Below, one piece after another: positions 1 through 10,827 of a DNA stretch of 64,000 nt. Source of the DNA: an uncultured Campylobacter sp. (GTDB lineage Bacteria > Campylobacterota > Campylobacteria > Campylobacterales > Campylobacteraceae); contig CAUPXM010000004.1 of assembly GCA_963515585.1 (NCBI GenBank), forward strand, positions 7,259 to 71,258, given 5' to 3'. Under the pieces are notes generated by a model. The model was not told the origin of the DNA, searched no databases, and saw only the letters and a list, made by a program, of their open reading frames with translations. A program made the position numbers and the translations under genes. Position 1 is the stretch's first letter; each line of letters begins with the position of its first letter.

Positions 1-228
1 AAAGCTCACGCGGTCAAATTTAAACTCAAGCCCATATTGCCAATCTTTGCGGCGCAGGTTTTTAAACTCGTAAAGCTTAACCGTCTCCGTTTCAAATTTA
101 ATCCTGAGCGCGAGATACCAGCAGCTCCAGATCCCGCACGGACAGCCAAGTAGCACGGCGTTTCGCTCATCTTGCGCCAGATCAGCCTCAAGCGCCGCAC
201 GTAAGAATAGCTCCTCAAAATCGATCAA
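1..228 (-). CDS. hypothetical protein, N-terminal part only (runs off the left edge)
   Basis: The frame is stop-free from TTG at 228-226 to position 1 (76 codons): LIDFEELFLRAALEADLAQDERNAVLLGCPCGIWSCWYLALRIKFETETVKLYEFKNLRRKDWQYGLEFKFDRVSF. Composition is ordinary, unlike the Arg-rich track ORF 6..218 in another frame. No family recognised. Confidence 0.4.
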   Translation of the reverse strand, partial: MIDFEELFLRAALEADLAQDERNAVLLGCPCGIWSCWYLALRIKFETETVKLYEFKNLRRKDWQYGLEFKFDRVSF

Positions 229-237
229 GCTTAAAGC

Positions 238-408
238 TTAAGTAGGCGTAGTCTCCTGCGATGCAGCCTTGCCCATTTTTGCCGCAAAGCTTTGCTCGCG
301 CTGCTTAATCAGCTTAAGCAGAGGCTCGCCGTTTATTTTGACGACGACTTCGGTAAAGCTTTCGCCCTCAATTTCGTAATCGTTTAGGTAAAATTTAATA
401 CTATCCAT
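238..408 (-). CDS. small hypothetical protein (56 aa), or the N-terminal part of a gene interrupted by an in-frame TAA
   Basis: ATG at 408-406 and TAA at 240-238, giving MDSIKFYLNDYEIEGESFTEVVVKINGEPLLKLIKQREQSFAAKMGKAASQETTPT. It falls below the ORF-track length cut-off. It is in the same frame as the 1..228 ORF. Confidence 0.35.
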   Translation of the reverse strand: MDSIKFYLNDYEIEGESFTEVVVKINGEPLLKLIKQREQSFAAKMGKAASQETTPT

Positions 409-734
409 GCGTCAATCTCGCTAAATAATCTGTTTTGCGCCGTATTTGCACCGGTCTGCTAAAATTTTGTCGCAGTTTAGCGAATTTGAAGTGAAATTCG
501 GTTGAAAATCAAAAATTCGCTGGTAAAGCGCAGATCAAATGGATATTTTGTAAAATTTGAGGATTTCAGGCTTGGCGGGACTTATTTTTTAACACGCGAG
601 AGCTTAAATTTGCAAAAAAGCTCAATTTGCGTAGATGAAAGAAGCGAAAAAAGGTTGAGCTTTATCACAGATCAAAGAGATCGAAACAAGGGTTAAATTT
701 TGCTATGGATAAAGAAGTCGAAATTTAGAAAAGA

Positions 735-779
735 GGGGTTAAATTTAATTCGTTTTTTAGGGCGTTTAAATTTAACCCC
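735..779 (-). terminator. hairpin terminator downstream of the lipoprotein gene
   Basis: Perfect 14-bp inverted repeat GGGGTTAAATTTAA (735-748) / TTAAATTTAACCCC (766-779). On the minus strand it is followed by TCTTTTCT. It lies 8 nt after the stop of 787..1164. Confidence 0.6.
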
Positions 780-786
780 GCCGTGG

Positions 787-1164
787 CTACATCATTTCGC
801 CACTTTTGTGCTCGTGCTCGGTGTAGGTTACCGGAATATCCTTCTTGCCTTTGCCCGGCGTATACACTCCCTCTCCGCGTTTGAAAAGAAGCTCGATACC
901 TTCGTCGTTCGTAAGCATTATGCCGCTTGCGGAAGCCGCGCGTTTAAGATTATGCTTTTTGCCTTTTTCGTCGGTTAACACGCCCGTTGCAAACATATCG
1001 TTCGAGCTAAGGCTGATGCGCTTATCTCCGGTGTCTCCTAGCAGAAATACGATCGTGTGCGCTACAGACTCTTGCTTTTGCTGCGGAGCCGTATCGGCCT
1101 TAGGTTGGTTGCATCCGCTTAAAATCGCGATTGCCGCTAATGACGAGAATACAATTCGTCTCAT
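787..1164 (-). CDS. putative lipoprotein (125 aa)
   Basis: Signal peptide with lipobox MRRIVFSSLAAIAILSGC. The mature part is hydrophilic. Terminator immediately downstream. Confidence 0.7.
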   Translation of the reverse strand: MRRIVFSSLAAIAILSGCNQPKADTAPQQKQESVAHTIVFLLGDTGDKRISLSSNDMFATGVLTDEKGKKHNLKRAASASGIMLTNDEGIELLFKRGEGVYTPGKGKKDIPVTYTEHEHKSGEMM

Positions 1165-1301
1165 TTTTTCTCCTTTAAAAAAAGTTCGCGAATTATATAG
1201 CCAAAAAGTAAATCCTAGATTTCGCGACTTTTTATTTAATCAAAGATTAACCCAAATTTAGTAAAATTCCAGCTGAAAACATCCCAGATAAGGAGAACCT
1301 T

Positions 1302-2306
1302 ATGGCAGTAAAAATCGCAATCAACGGCTTTGGAAGGATCGGTAGGTGCGCGGCTAGAATTGCGCTAAGCAGGGGCGATGTGGAGCTTGTGGCGATCAAC
1401 GATACCGCTAAGCGCGAGCTTACGAGATACCTGCTTCAATACGACACCGTTCACGGCGAGTTTCGTAAAAAAGTAGAAATTCTAAGCGACGAATGCATAG
1501 CCGTAGACGGCAAAAAGATCCGCGTCTATTCCACCAGAGAGCCTGCGGAGCTTGATTTTGCAGGCGATGGTGCAGAAGCTGTGCTTGAATGTACTGGTGC
1601 GTTTTTAACGAGCGAAAAATGCAAGCCGTTCATAGATAACGGTATCGGCGTAGTCGTAATGAGCGCGCCTGCCAAGGATGATACGCCTACTTTCGTAATC
1701 GGCGTTAATGAGGGCGCTTATGCAGGACAGCGTGTCATCTCAAACGCTAGCTGCACCACTAATGGCCTGGCTCCGATTGCAAAAATTCTAGACGATGAGC
1801 TTGGTATCGAAAAGGGTCTTATGACGACGATTCATGCCTATACACATGGACAGAGCCTAGTCGATGTAAAAGCCAAGGACTTTCGCCGTTCACGCGCTGC
1901 GGCTCTTAATATCGCTCCGACTACGACGGGCGCGGCAAAAGCGATTAGTAAGGTACTTCCTCAGCTAAGCGGTAAGATGCACGGACAATCTGTGCGCGTG
2001 CCGGTAGCTAACGTTTCGATGGTTGATCTAACGGTGCTAACGCGCAAGCAGACGAGTGCTGAGGAGCTAAATGAAATTTTCCGCCGCTATGCCTCTAAAG
2101 AGATGAAAGGAATTTTGCTCGTAGACGACGATAGCCGTGTCAGCAGTGATTTTTGTACTTCAGAATACTCCAGCATCGTAGCTAGCGACTGCACGCAGGT
2201 AATTGACGGTAATCTTATAAAAGTGATGAGCTGGTATGACAACGAGTGGGGATATAGCGAGCGCCTCATCGATTTAGCCTTATATGCGGCAAAAAGAAGG
2301 AAATAA
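1302..2306 (+). CDS. gapA: glyceraldehyde-3-phosphate dehydrogenase
   Basis: 334 aa. [12 protein letters not shown]-binding motif and catalytic [14 protein letters not shown]-type RBS upstream. Confidence 0.95.
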   Translation: MAVKIAINGFGRIGRCAARIALSRGDVELVAINDTAKRELTRYLLQYDTVHGEFRKKVEILSDECIAVDGKKIRVYSTREPAELDFAGDGAEAVLECTGAFLTSEKCKPFIDNGIGVVVMSAPAKDDTPTFVIGVNEGAYAGQRVISNASCTTNGLAPIAKILDDELGIEKGLMTTIHAYTHGQSLVDVKAKDFRRSRAAALNIAPTTTGAAKAISKVLPQLSGKMHGQSVRVPVANVSMVDLTVLTRKQTSAEELNEIFRRYASKEMKGILLVDDDSRVSSDFCTSEYSSIVASDCTQVIDGNLIKVMSWYDNEWGYSERLIDLALYAAKRRK

Positions 2307-2307
2307 G

Positions 2308-3519
2308 ATGGGCGAAATTCTTTCGATTAAAGATTTGAAATTTAAAGACGGCGCGCGCGTTTTTATCAGGTGTGATTTTAACGTGCCGATGGATGAGTTT
2401 TGCAATATTACGGACGATCGTCGCATCCGTTCGTCTATCCCTACGATTAAATATTGCTTAGACGAGGGCTGTGCGGTAATTTTAGCCAGTCACTTAGGGC
2501 GCCCGAAAAACGGATACGAAGAAAGACTTAGCCTAAAGCCTGTGGTAAAGAGGCTATCTAGGCTTTTGGAGCGCGAGATAAAATTTGTCTCCGACGTCGC
2601 GGGCGAGGAGGCAGGAGCTGCGGTAAATTCGCTTAAAAAGGGCGAAGTGCTTCTACTAGATAATCTGCGCTTCGAAAAGGGCGAGAGCAAAAACGACGAA
2701 GCACTAGCTAAGAGGCTTGCGAGCTACGCGGAATTTTATATCAACGATGCTTTTGGCGTATGCCACCGCGCGCATGCTTCGGTAGAGGCGATTACGAAAT
2801 TCTACGATGAGGCACACAAAGCGGCGGGATTTTTGCTGCTAAAAGAGATAAAATTCGCCAAAGACCTTATTAAAGATCCTGCGCGTCCTTTCGTAGCCGT
2901 AACGGGCGGTAGCAAAGTAAGCGGCAAGCTTCAGGCGCTTAAAAATTTACTTCCTAAAGTCGATAAGCTCATCATCGGAGGTGGCATGGCGTTTACGTTT
3001 TTAAAAGCCGTCGGATATGACATCGGTAATTCGCTTTTAGAGGAGGATCTTATATCTGACGCACTAAATATCTTGCGCCGTGGCAAAGAGCTTGGGGTTA
3101 AAATTTATATCCCCGTCGATGCCGTCGCAGCTCCGCAATGCTCGCAAGATGCCGTTACAAAAAAGGTTACCGTTCAAGAAATTCCAAGCGATTGGATGGG
3201 GCTAGATATCGGACCTGCGACCGTAGCGCTTTTTAAAGAAGCCCTAGACGATGCACAAACAATCTGGTGGAACGGACCGATGGGGGTTTTTGAGATCGAT
3301 AAATTCGCTCGCGGCAGCCTGCATATATCGCATGCAATCGCAGATAGCGACGCCACGACCGTAGTGGGCGGTGGCGATACTGCAGATGTCGTCGAACGCG
3401 CGGGCAACGCCGATGATATGACTTTTATTTCTACCGGAGGCGGCGCGAGCTTAGAACTCATCGAGGGCAAGGAGCTGCCGGGCGTGCGAGTGCTTACTGC
3501 TAAAACGGAGCTGCGATGA
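2308..3519 (+). CDS. pgk: phosphoglycerate kinase
   Basis: Full-length PGK similarity ([21 protein letters not shown]). ATG 2308 was chosen because AAGGAA precedes it and it follows the gapA stop. The track start at 2284 overlaps gapA. Confidence 0.95.
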   Translation: MGEILSIKDLKFKDGARVFIRCDFNVPMDEFCNITDDRRIRSSIPTIKYCLDEGCAVILASHLGRPKNGYEERLSLKPVVKRLSRLLEREIKFVSDVAGEEAGAAVNSLKKGEVLLLDNLRFEKGESKNDEALAKRLASYAEFYINDAFGVCHRAHASVEAITKFYDEAHKAAGFLLLKEIKFAKDLIKDPARPFVAVTGGSKVSGKLQALKNLLPKVDKLIIGGGMAFTFLKAVGYDIGNSLLEEDLISDALNILRRGKELGVKIYIPVDAVAAPQCSQDAVTKKVTVQEIPSDWMGLDIGPATVALFKEALDDAQTIWWNGPMGVFEIDKFARGSLHISHAIADSDATTVVGGGDTADVVERAGNADDMTFISTGGGASLELIEGKELPGVRVLTAKTELR

Positions 3520-4229
3520 TACTAGCGGCGAATCTTAAATGTAACCATACTCGCGCTAGTTTTGAGCGGTATGCTAAAGCTTTAGATGAAGGCTTGGCGG
3601 GCCTAATTTCGCGCGAGGATGAAATTTTAGTTTTTCCTCCCGCTAGCGCATTTTGCGCGAGAGTGAAAAATTTTACCCAAGGCGCGCAAAATTTCTATCC
3701 CGCCGCGCACGGCAGCTTTACGGGCGAGATCGGTGGCGATATGCTGGCGGAATTTGACATCAAAACCGTTCTTATCGGACATAGTGAGCGGCGCGCTATT
3801 TTGGGCGAGAGCGCGGAGCTGATAAGAGAGAAATTCAGTTTTGCCGCAGCGCAGGGCTGGCGCATCGTTTTTTGCGTCGGCGAGGATGAGGCGGCATTTG
3901 CGCAAAACTGCAGCGAGGAGTTTGTAGCGACACAGCTTGAGGGTATCGATCTGAAATATCCGAGCTTAGTACTAGCCTACGAGCCCGTCTGGGCGATCGG
4001 CACGGGCAGAAGCGCGCAGTGTGAACAGATCGAAAGAATGCTAAATTTCTTGCGTGCTAAAAGCCCCGCGCCGCTACTTTACGGCGGCAGTGTGAATGCT
4101 GAAAATATCGCAAAAATTTGCGCGATAAGAGGTTGCGACGGGGTGTTAGTGGGCACAGCAAGCTGGGACGCCTCGAAGTTTTTGGAGCTTATACGCGTCG
4201 TCTCGCATCGCTATACTTCGTTGCCTTAA
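3516..4229 (+). CDS. tpiA: triose-phosphate isomerase
   Basis: [11 protein letters not shown] and IGHSERR motifs. ATGA overlap with the pgk stop. Confidence 0.9.
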   Translation: MILAANLKCNHTRASFERYAKALDEGLAGLISREDEILVFPPASAFCARVKNFTQGAQNFYPAAHGSFTGEIGGDMLAEFDIKTVLIGHSERRAILGESAELIREKFSFAAAQGWRIVFCVGEDEAAFAQNCSEEFVATQLEGIDLKYPSLVLAYEPVWAIGTGRSAQCEQIERMLNFLRAKSPAPLLYGGSVNAENIAKICAIRGCDGVLVGTASWDASKFLELIRVVSHRYTSLP

Positions 4230-4449
4230 AATTTTGCTCGGTCATTACCTAATAGGGTAACTTCCGTCGCAAAATTTTAAGTCGCCTAGTCTAGCTTCGC
4301 GATACTGTCGCTATCGAATTGCGTTTAAAATTTGACATTTCGCGAGATTTTGCGAATTTTAATTTGTAGAATTTTAAGTCAAATTGCGCAGGATTTTAAG
4401 ATTGATTTGAATGTTGTTGCAGATTTTGCGACCAAGACTAGGCGTGTAG

Positions 4450-5349
<900 letters not shown>

Positions 5350-5371
5350 GCGGCGTGCAAAAAGGCAAAAT

Positions 5372-5652
5372 TTGGCGCGCACGGTCTATTACGAGGCTAG
5401 GCACAAAGCCATAGCAGATGGCGGCGTAGAGGGCATCGCCGCCGTTTTGCGAGGTGATGACGAAGTCGAAAAGGCCTCGCTTCTGTTGTGCCCTGGTTTT
5501 ACCTTGATCCCTATTACGGCTGCACGCTGGCGCATGAGAGCGAAATTTTCGCCCTTTTGCAGGAGCTGCTTCTGAGCGAGCGCTCGCAAGCCATCAGAGA
5601 CGATATTTTGCAGCTTCTGGGCGATTACTGCGGCGATTTTAGCGTGCTGTGA
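5372..5652 (+). pseudogene. possible decayed gene remnant (two frames)
   Basis: A protein-like reading (...VVPWFYLDPYYGCTLAHESEIFALLQELLLSERSQAIRDDILQLLGDYCGDFSVL*, stop at 5650-5652) has no usable start. It continues from a different frame upstream (ARTVYYEARHKAIADGGVEGIAAVLRGDDEVEKA). No family recognised. Confidence 0.25.
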
Positions 5653-5971
5653 AGCAGGATTTGCGAGACGTCCGGCGAGCTTTTGCCGGGTATCAGGCGC
5701 TTGATCGAAGGATAAATTTAACGGCCGGCGCGCTTTCGTGCACAGTAATTACGCCGCAGCGAGCGGTAGCGAAATTTGCCGCGCCTCCGCGCACGCCCCT
5801 TTTGCCGCGAAAATACGGCAGCGTAAAATTTTAAGATTGGAAGCGGCAATGAAAACCTCGGATGAGCAAGGAGCTCGATCTAGCGAGCATACCTAAAAAC
5901 GGCATGGAGATAGAGGATTATTTCAGAGCCGTTTTTGAAAAAAGCGGTAAAAGCCGCTAGAAAGGAGCTTG

Positions 5972-7321
5972 ATGAAAAAGGATTATATCTGCGTATTTGA
6001 TTGCGAGACGATCCCAGACGTAGCGGCGCTGGTGCGGGTGCTGGATGAGGATGCGATCGCGAGCTGCTTTGAGCCTTTCGATAAAAAAAGCTTCGCAAAG
6101 CTTCTTAACGCGCAGCTCTCGCAAAAGATCGGCGGCGAGAAACAAAACGCGTCTTTAAATTTTGCTGTAAATTCGGCGGAGCAGAATTCTAAAATTGAAA
6201 ATTCCGAGCAAAATTCCGCGCCGCAAAACTTTATGCAGCAAGACGTTACGCTTCAAAGCTTTGCGAGTGAAAATCCTGTTGAAAATCCTGCGCAGGGAAA
6301 TTTTACGAGCGAAAATTCCATGTCGCAAAATACGGCGCCCAAAAATTCCGCGTCGTTAAATTTAACCTACGACGATATCGCGCCTCAAGGCTCCGCGGCA
6401 CAGAGCGTCGCGGTAGAAAATTCCGCGCTCCGAAGCCCTGCGCCTCAGAATTCCGCGGCGGAAAGCTCTACGCTCCAAAACTCAAAGAGCGAAAATCTCG
6501 CTTCAAATTCCGCGCAAGATCTCGCGTCAAACGCGCTAAATTTTAAAATTTACGGCGAGCAATTGATCTTTAATGCGGATAAAAGCAAAATTTTAAACCA
6601 CAAATTGCTCTCGCTTAGGGCGATGGAGATTTTTAAAGAAAAAACCGGCAGCGAATTCCTGCCCGTCTGCTTCCATCGCGTCGTTAGCATTAGCGCCGTG
6701 ATAGCGGACGGATTCGGCAGATTTTTGCGCGTCTCGACGCTTGATGGTGAGAACGAGCGCGATAAAATCGCAAAATTCCTAGCCTTCATCGAGGATTTTA
6801 ATCCGCGGTTAGTGAGCTTCAACGGGCGCGGGTTCGATCTGCCGATGATTATGGCGCGCGCGATGTGCTATGATCTAAGCGCCGCGGCGTATTTTGAGAC
6901 GAACGATCGAGATAACAACAAGAGCAAATGGGAGAACTACCGCAGCCGCTACGACGGGCGGTTTCATCTGGATCTGCTTGATCACATCAGCGATTTTGGC
7001 GCCGTTCGCGGGCTCAAGCTCGATCATATCTGCGCTAGCGTGGGCCTTCCTGGCAAATACGACGTGCACGGCGATCAGGTTCTGCAGTTGTATTACGCAG
7101 GCGAGCAGGCCAAGATCGACGAGTACTGCAGATCCGACGTACTCAACACCTACTGGCTGTTTTTGAAATACGAGCTTTTGCGCGGCAAGATCACCAAGGA
7201 CGATTATTTGAATTATATCGCGGTGATGGGCGAATTTTTGCAAAAAGAGTGCGCGGGTATGAGCTACACGCCCGTTTTTTGCGACTTTATAGAAAGGGAG
7301 CTGGCGGCATATGCGAAGTGA
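5972..7321 (+). CDS. PolB-like 3'-5' exonuclease family protein carrying a large low-complexity insertion
   Basis: Exo I CVFDCETIPD, Exo II SFNGRGFDLPM and Exo III EYCRSDVLNTYWLF are all present. About 135 aa of QNS/ENS-type low complexity lies between Exo I and Exo II. AAAGGAG sits before ATG 5972. Confidence 0.8.
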   Translation: MKKDYICVFDCETIPDVAALVRVLDEDAIASCFEPFDKKSFAKLLNAQLSQKIGGEKQNASLNFAVNSAEQNSKIENSEQNSAPQNFMQQDVTLQSFASENPVENPAQGNFTSENSMSQNTAPKNSASLNLTYDDIAPQGSAAQSVAVENSALRSPAPQNSAAESSTLQNSKSENLASNSAQDLASNALNFKIYGEQLIFNADKSKILNHKLLSLRAMEIFKEKTGSEFLPVCFHRVVSISAVIADGFGRFLRVSTLDGENERDKIAKFLAFIEDFNPRLVSFNGRGFDLPMIMARAMCYDLSAAAYFETNDRDNNKSKWENYRSRYDGRFHLDLLDHISDFGAVRGLKLDHICASVGLPGKYDVHGDQVLQLYYAGEQAKIDEYCRSDVLNTYWLFLKYELLRGKITKDDYLNYIAVMGEFLQKECAGMSYTPVFCDFIERELAAYAK

Positions 7322-8165
7322 AATTTTTAAAATTTTAAAAGGCGCGGTTTTTGGCGCGGTGTTTTTGCTCTGCGGCGCGGTCGCGGATGAGGCTAAATTT
7401 AAACCGATGCTGCTTAAAGAATATGTCCCTGGCATGAATATCACCGGCTGGGTGATTAGCGAGAAGCTAGACGGCGTGCGCGCGATCTGGGACGGCAAAA
7501 ATCTGCGCTCCAGGCGCGGCAAGATCATAAACGCTCCCGAGGGCTGGAGCGCGGGCTTTCCGCCGTTTTTCGTCGACGGCGAGCTATACACGGCGCGCGG
7601 AGAGTTTGAGCAGCTTGTCTCGATAGTATCGGCAAGCGTTCCCGATGGGCGGTGGAACAGGGTGAAATTTTACGCGTTTGACCTGCCGAAGGAGCAGAAA
7701 AACCTAAGCGCGAAGATGGAAATTTTAAGAAATTTTATCGCCTCAAGCGGTGCGCAAAATTTACTCATCGTGCAGCAAACTCCGGTAAGCACGCATGCCG
7801 ACGTGCAGGCGTATTTTGATCGCGTTATCGCAGCAGGCGGCGAAGGCGTCGTGCTGCGCGATCCGAACGCGCTTTATGAAAGCGGCCGCAGCGATAAAAT
7901 TTTAAAATACAAAAAGACGCACGATAGCGATTGCAAGGTCGTAAAAATCAACCCGGGCTACGGCAAAAACGAGGGCAAGATGGGCTCGCTTAGCTGTGTA
8001 GATCTACGTAGCGGGGTGAAATTTAAAGTAGGCACGGGCTTTAGCGACGAAATGCGGGCAAATCCGCCTAAAGTAGGCACGATCATCACCTATCAATACC
8101 AAAACCTAACCCACGAGAAAAAGCCGCGCTTCCCCGTATTTTTGCGCGTGCGACCAGCGATTTAA
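7311..8165 (+). CDS. ligE: ATP-dependent DNA ligase, minimal periplasmic LigE type
   Basis: 284 aa. N-terminal signal peptide (GAVFGAVFLLCGAVA) and adenylation motif SEKLDGVR. Overlaps the exonuclease gene by 11 nt. Confidence 0.85.
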   Translation: MRSEIFKILKGAVFGAVFLLCGAVADEAKFKPMLLKEYVPGMNITGWVISEKLDGVRAIWDGKNLRSRRGKIINAPEGWSAGFPPFFVDGELYTARGEFEQLVSIVSASVPDGRWNRVKFYAFDLPKEQKNLSAKMEILRNFIASSGAQNLLIVQQTPVSTHADVQAYFDRVIAAGGEGVVLRDPNALYESGRSDKILKYKKTHDSDCKVVKINPGYGKNEGKMGSLSCVDLRSGVKFKVGTGFSDEMRANPPKVGTIITYQYQNLTHEKKPRFPVFLRVRPAI

Positions 8166-8217
8166 TCTAAGGGGCTATAATCGCATATTTTGATAAATTT
8201 GATCCGAAGGAGAATAG

Positions 8218-9207
8218 ATGAAAATTTTAATCACAGGCGGCGCGGGATACATCGGCAGCCACGTCGCAAAGGCGCTTTTAGAAGCGAACCGCCACGACGT
8301 CGTCATACTGGATAATCTTTGCAAAGGCTCGATGCGAGCGATCGAGGCGCTTCGCAAGATAGGCGAGTTTGAGTTCGTGCAGGAAAGCCTGGAAAACACC
8401 CCTGCAATCGAGAAGCTTTTTAAGCGCGAGAAGTTTGACGCGATCATTCACTTTGCGGCGTTTATCGAGGTTTTTGAAAGCACGCAAAATCCGCTAAAAT
8501 ACTATCTAAACAACACCGCCAACGCGATGAATTTAATCGCGCTTGCGAACAAATACGGCGTGAAAGACTTTATCTTTAGCTCCACTGCGGCGACCTACGG
8601 CGAGCCCGACATCTCGCAAGTAAGCGAAGAAACTCCGCAAAATCCGATCAATCCGTACGGCAGAAGCAAGCTGATGGTCGAGTGGGTGCTAAAAGACGCA
8701 GCCGCGGCAAATCCAAATTTTAAATATGGAATTTTGCGCTACTTCAACGTCGCAGGTGCGGCTAGCGACGGCACGATCGGGCAAAACTACCCGAACGCGA
8801 CGCATCTTATCAAGGTTGCAACTCAAACTATCGTCGGCAAGCGCGATAAGATGAGCATTTTCGGCGATGATTACGACACCAAGGACGGCACCTGCATCCG
8901 CGACTACATCCACGTAGAGGATCTCGCAAGCGCGCATCTGGCGGTGCTTGATTATCTGCAAAACGGTGAGAGCGCGGTCTTTAACGTAGGCTACGGCACG
9001 GGCTTTAGCGTAAAAGAAGTTGTCAATGAAGCTAAAAAAGTAAGCGGCGTGGATTTTAAAGTAGAAATCGCTCCGCGCAGAGCCGGCGATCCTGCCTGCC
9101 TCATCTCAAACGCGGATAAAATTCGCACCAAAACCTCTTGGCAGCCTGAGCACGAGAGCCTGGATGAGATCATCCTAAGCGCGCTTAATTGGGAAAAGAA
9201 GCTCTAG
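8218..9207 (+). CDS. galE: UDP-glucose/UDP-GlcNAc 4-epimerase (GalE/Gne)
   Basis: GGAGYIGSH Rossmann motif and YGRSK catalytic Y-x3-K. Sits at the head of the pgl locus, as in C. jejuni. Confidence 0.93.
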   Translation: MKILITGGAGYIGSHVAKALLEANRHDVVILDNLCKGSMRAIEALRKIGEFEFVQESLENTPAIEKLFKREKFDAIIHFAAFIEVFESTQNPLKYYLNNTANAMNLIALANKYGVKDFIFSSTAATYGEPDISQVSEETPQNPINPYGRSKLMVEWVLKDAAAANPNFKYGILRYFNVAGAASDGTIGQNYPNATHLIKVATQTIVGKRDKMSIFGDDYDTKDGTCIRDYIHVEDLASAHLAVLDYLQNGESAVFNVGYGTGFSVKEVVNEAKKVSGVDFKVEIAPRRAGDPACLISNADKIRTKTSWQPEHESLDEIILSALNWEKKL

Positions 9208-9288
9208 GTTCTAGCGTGAAAGTGCGATTTGAAATTTTAAAATTTTACTCCGCCGCGTTTAATAGCGGCGAGCAAAAGGAAGCCTTGT

Positions 9289-10827
9289 TTGCTTAAAATT
9301 CTAAACGCCCCCGAAGCCGCGCAGCGTAAGCTCGGCGTCGTGCTATCGTATGTAAATATCTTTGTTTCTACGATACTTACTTTGGTTTATACGCCGTTTT
9401 TTCTGCGGGCGCTGGGGCAGAGCGAGTTTGGGCTATATTCTTTATCAAGCAGCGTTATCGGCTATTTAGCGATTTTAGATTTGGGTTTCGGTAATGCTGT
9501 GACGGTCTATACCGCCAAATACGTCTCAAGCGGCGAAGTGGAGCGCATGCATAAGCTGCACGGAACGATCTTTAGCGTGTATTTAGTGATGAGCGCGGTG
9601 ATCGTGCTTGCAGGAGCTGCGCTGCTAGCCAATCTGCACGCGATTTTTGGCGCTAAGCTAAGCGCTAGTGAGATGGGCGAAATTCGCATTATGCTAATGC
9701 TACTAACTGCAAATTTAGCGATTAGCTTTCCTTTTAGCATCTATTCGTCGATCCTTACGGCGCATGAGAATTTCGTATTTATCAAGCTAATTGGGATCTT
9801 TCGCACGATCGCTCTGCCGCTAGCTGCGGTGCCTGCGCTACTTTTGGGATATAAGGCTATCGCGATCGTAATCATCGCTACGGCGGTAAATTTAATCTGC
9901 GTCGCGGCAGACTTTATCTACTGCAAGCGCAAAGTCTCGCCCATGATAAGCGTGCGAAATTTCGACACCCCCACGCTTAAGCAAATTTTTGGCTACTCGT
10001 TTTTTATATTTTTAGGCATCGTAGTCGATCAAGTAAACTGGAACGTCGATAATTTTATCTTAGGCGCGGTCGCAGGCGCTACGGCGGTTTCCACGTATGC
10101 CGTAGCAAGCACGATAAATGCCACTTTCGTCACGCTTTCGCTCACCATTAGCGGCGTAATGCTTCCTAAAATTGCCAAAATGGTCTCTGCCAACTCCGCC
10201 GATTCCGAGCTTAGCGCGGAATTTATCAAAATAGGCAGGCTGCAATTTTACGTGATATTTTTTATCGCGTCGCTCTTGGTGATTTTTGGGCGGGAGTTTA
10301 TCGTGCTCTGGGCTGGTGCAAATTATGAAATTTCATACGCAATCGCGCTTATTTTGGTGCTTCCAGTAAGCGTGCCGTTGATTCAAAATTTAGGCCTAGC
10401 CGTGCTTCAGGCAAAAAACAAAGTCAAATTTCGCTCAATCGCCGCGTTTTGCGTCACGCTCGTGAACATCGCTATTTCTATCCCGCTAGCTAAGGCTTAC
10501 GGTGGCGTGGGCGCTGCGTGCGGCACGGCTTTTGCGATCACCTTGCTAAATATCTGCGTGATGAATATCTACTATGCTCGTGTAATCGGACTTGACATCG
10601 CTAAATTTTGGCAAAATATCGGCGCGATGGTAGTAAAATTTGCTCCCGCAATAGCAGTAAGCCTAGCGATAAATTACGCATTAGGCTTGCATGGAGTGAG
10701 CTTTTTGCTAATTTGCGGCGGGCTTTATTCGGCTATGTTTGTGCTAAGCGCATATTTTTGGGCGATGAATGACTACGAACGCGCGATTTTTGGTGGCATT
10801 GCAGCTAAGATAAGGAGGCGGGCTTGA
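9289..10827 (+). CDS. wzx: MOP-superfamily (Wzx-like) oligosaccharide flippase
   Basis: 512 aa and hydrophobic throughout, with about 12-14 predicted TM segments. TTG start preceded by AAGGAAG. Occupies the slot that holds the ABC flippase pglK in C. jejuni. Confidence 0.75.
   Translation: MLKILNAPEAAQRKLGVVLSYVNIFVSTILTLVYTPFFLRALGQSEFGLYSLSSSVIGYLAILDLGFGNAVTVYTAKYVSSGEVERMHKLHGTIFSVYLVMSAVIVLAGAALLANLHAIFGAKLSASEMGEIRIMLMLLTANLAISFPFSIYSSILTAHENFVFIKLIGIFRTIALPLAAVPALLLGYKAIAIVIIATAVNLICVAADFIYCKRKVSPMISVRNFDTPTLKQIFGYSFFIFLGIVVDQVNWNVDNFILGAVAGATAVSTYAVASTINATFVTLSLTISGVMLPKIAKMVSANSADSELSAEFIKIGRLQFYVIFFIASLLVIFGREFIVLWAGANYEISYAIALILVLPVSVPLIQNLGLAVLQAKNKVKFRSIAAFCVTLVNIAISIPLAKAYGGVGAACGTAFAITLLNICVMNIYYARVIGLDIAKFWQNIGAMVVKFAPAIAVSLAINYALGLHGVSFLLICGGLYSAMFVLSAYFWAMNDYERAIFGGIAAKIRRRA

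Noticed and set aside
502-978. Track ORFs 502..696 and 700..978
   Set aside because: One has a TTG start in repeat-rich spacer. The other overlaps the lipoprotein gene on the opposite strand. Neither has a protein-like composition.
4283-4444. 10-bp inverted repeat CGCCTAGTCT / AGACTAGGCG, 142 nt apart, between tpiA and fabI
   Set aside because: The stem is short relative to the loop and has no supporting flanking complementarity. It could easily be a chance match.
6875-7591. 238-aa minus-strand ORF
   Set aside because: It is antisense to the well-supported exonuclease and LigE genes. The translation is Arg/Pro/Ala-rich with no motifs, as expected for the opposite strand of GC-rich codons.
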